Below are positions 49,502 to 51,533 of a stretch of 51,533 bases of DNA, piece after piece (positions within the stretch are counted from its first letter, which is position 1; each line of letters opens with the position of its first letter). The notes below the pieces were generated by a model. That model did not search any database and was not told the DNA's origin. It saw nothing but the letters and a program-made list of their open reading frames with translations. Source of the stretch: an uncultured bacterium (GTDB lineage Bacteria > Fidelibacterota > Marinisomatia > SCGC-AAA003-L08 > JACNLC01); NCBI GenBank assembly GCA_964607375.1, contig CAZSJY010000004.1, forward strand, positions 1 through 51,533, read 5' to 3'. A program made the position numbers and the translations under genes.

Positions 49502-51024
49502 TGTATAGAATTGCATTATATACTGTATTTTTGGTTTCACTATCTTTTCCACAAACCAACAAAATCGTTAGCATTCACGGTCACATTACATATCTAACTT
49601 TAGAAAATGTTTATTGTGATATTGGAACCAATAAAAGTGTAACTCCAAACGATACATTACGAGTTTTTCGTCGTAATGAAGAAATTGGGACTTTGGTTGT
49701 TCAACAAACTTCGAGCAATTCTTCTATTTGTAATTCTCTAATACCAATTGAAGTTTATCAGTTGGGAGATAGGGTATTATTAGAAAAAATTGTTATTCAA
49801 GATATCATTAGTGACTTTGTTACTGATAAACCTGAAGTAACTGAGGAAAAACAAACATATAAATTTAATCATGATGGTAGATTTTCTTTTAGCTATAGTT
49901 ATGAGAAATTTAGTGATGAACTTGTTGACCACCACTTTTCCAATTATTTCAGGTATAAAGCTGGAGTTAATAACCTAAAAAACACACAATTATTCATCTA
50001 TGGTAAGAGTAATAATATTTCAAACAAACTGATTTTGTATCAAATGCAATTAGCTGTTAAAACCAAATCAAAAAAACTGTCTATATACTTCGGGAGATTA
50101 TTCCCAAAGGATTTTATAAGCATTGGTATTATTGATGGTCTCTTAATTGATAACAGAGTATCCCCAAATACCTCTTTTGGTTTCATAGCAGGATTTCAAC
50201 CTAATGTATATTTGATTCCTAGCATTGACAGATGGCATCATGGAATTACGATGAAAATAGAGCGGTTCAATAGAACAATTAGATTAAATGGATATTTGGC
50301 AATAGTCCAACAAATAGTAGATAAGCGAATTGATAAAGAAATTATTTATACAAGATTTAATGGAAAAATCAATTCAAATATGAATGTCTCTTTGAGACAA
50401 ACACTTGAAATATATCATTCTGATGATAAAATAGATTTTAACTCTTTGAAACTTGTTTCAAATCAGGTTTTGGTTAAAATGAGACTTTGGAAGAACATTT
50501 TACTACGGTCTCGAATTTCTTATAGTGAGCAACCAATTAACTTTGTAACAGAGTCAAATTATTTAGACACACTTATTACTACTGAATTTAGAACTGGTTG
50601 GTTTAGTTCAGTATCATATCAACACCATAAATTAGGTAGGTTTCAAACCGGAGTGAATTTACGATATGATTCAAGGGAGAAATTTTTGGCGAGAATGTTA
50701 ATGATGTTTTATAATTCTAATGCTATAAAAGATAGTTATTTTATCAGCTTCAAAAGTTACTACATAAAAAATCTGATAACCACAGGTGTTCGTAATTCGA
50801 TTGGTTGTTCGTTTACAGCAAAACTATTTTCGATTCATACTGATTATGAACATTTCATATATGGATATGGAAATAATTTGAGTGACTATCAACAACATAT
50901 TTTATCAATAAACGGTTATCTAAAAATGTCGAATAAATTAACCACAACCATATCAGTTGATTTAGTAATGGACAAAAATAATACCAGTGTGAATTTTCAT
51001 AACAATATATCTTATAGATTTTAA
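49501..51024 (+). CDS. predicted outer-membrane beta-barrel with small N-terminal domain
   Basis: Signal peptide, alternating amphipathic strands rich in aromatics, C-terminal SYRF; TAATG coupling to the cytochrome gene. Confidence 0.65.
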   Translation: MYRIALYTVFLVSLSFPQTNKIVSIHGHITYLTLENVYCDIGTNKSVTPNDTLRVFRRNEEIGTLVVQQTSSNSSICNSLIPIEVYQLGDRVLLEKIVIQDIISDFVTDKPEVTEEKQTYKFNHDGRFSFSYSYEKFSDELVDHHFSNYFRYKAGVNNLKNTQLFIYGKSNNISNKLILYQMQLAVKTKSKKLSIYFGRLFPKDFISIGIIDGLLIDNRVSPNTSFGFIAGFQPNVYLIPSIDRWHHGITMKIERFNRTIRLNGYLAIVQQIVDKRIDKEIIYTRFNGKINSNMNVSLRQTLEIYHSDDKIDFNSLKLVSNQVLVKMRLWKNILLRSRISYSEQPINFVTESNYLDTLITTEFRTGWFSSVSYQHHKLGRFQTGVNLRYDSREKFLARMLMMFYNSNAIKDSYFISFKSYYIKNLITTGVRNSIGCSFTAKLFSIHTDYEHFIYGYGNNLSDYQQHILSINGYLKMSNKLTTTISVDLVMDKNNTSVNFHNNISYRF

Positions 51025-51159
51025 CTTAAAACCTTTAACAAAAGCACATTATATAGTGTAGTTGATCGTAGGCTTATCCATTTCAACTTCCTTGTAAAAT
51101 AACTTGAATACAACTATATTGCTTATCGCAATTGAAGAAAATCAATTAGATACAAAATA

Positions 51160-51315
51160 AGAGAAGTTCTCGTCGGCGCAGTTTGATGAAGAAATCATCA
51201 CAAAATAATTGTTGTAAATCTAAGAAATATCGACGGGGAAACAGTGTTTGTTGTAAAAATGTTGTGATTTACAAAAAAATAACTCCAACGATAAGTTGCT
51301 TTATCATTGGAGTTA
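51160..51315. repeat. tRNA-3'-associated repeat, copy 2 (degenerate, truncated)
   Basis: Aligns to 170-338 with loss of one 11 bp TTGTTGTAAAT unit and about 13 substitutions. Confidence 0.92.
51273..51315 (-). terminator. intrinsic terminator downstream of tRNA-Phe
   Basis: TAACTCCAACGATAA/TTATCATTGGAGTTA stem followed by a T run on the minus strand. Confidence 0.75.
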
Positions 51316-51318
51316 GTG

Positions 51319-51391
<73 letters not shown>

Positions 51392-51533
51392 ACATTTAAA
51401 TTCAGTTTATTTACTAAATTCAAAGCTCGCAAATTTATGAATAGTTTTGGGTATTGAACATAGAAAAATTTGATTATTAATGACACTTGGATAGACCTTG
51501 TTTACAGATTTGTAATTTAAAAGTATTTTATTA

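Noticed and set aside
3273-49574. Short ORFs overlapping the annotated genes in other frames or antisense
   Set aside because: They are shadows of well-supported genes and have no motifs.
170-51315. The two repeats as attL/attR of one 51 kb island
   Set aside because: The interval holds core genes (lptF, PBP1A, korAB, isc, rnhA) and each copy has its own complete, different tRNA on the same side.

Overview
AT-rich bacterial chromosome segment, most likely FCB superphylum and plausibly Marinisomatota/Marinimicrobia (inferred from PNPFNP-type C-terminal sorting domains, capped LRRs and dockerins). Left to right: the end of a GpC-free element abutting tRNA-Asn; housekeeping genes (VOC, two M3 peptidases, trmH, lptF, pdp, PBP1A, korAB); a secreted dockerin-bearing endonuclease; a GpC-depleted LRR gene; a Yej/Opp peptide ABC transporter whose first ATPase carries hydrophobic insertions; an ISC Fe-S operon with sufT and DUF2480 and an IscR box; an NlaIII-type methylase with an unrecognised partner; rnhA. 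The main candidate for a new system is a 16 kb block (34.8-51.0 kb) next to tRNA-Phe. It encodes a ferredoxin-flavoprotein, a cytochrome-b-like membrane protein, 17- and 9/10-heme cytochromes, an outer-membrane barrel and two large secreted cytochromes, one fused to cohesin-like and dockerin domains. This reads as a cytoplasm-to-surface electron conduit with a cellulosome-like scaffold. Its sensor kinase and cNMP protein each carry one in-frame TAA. A ~160 bp repeat sits 3 nt past the discriminator base of both tRNAs. All calls are from reading the sequence; no database search was run.
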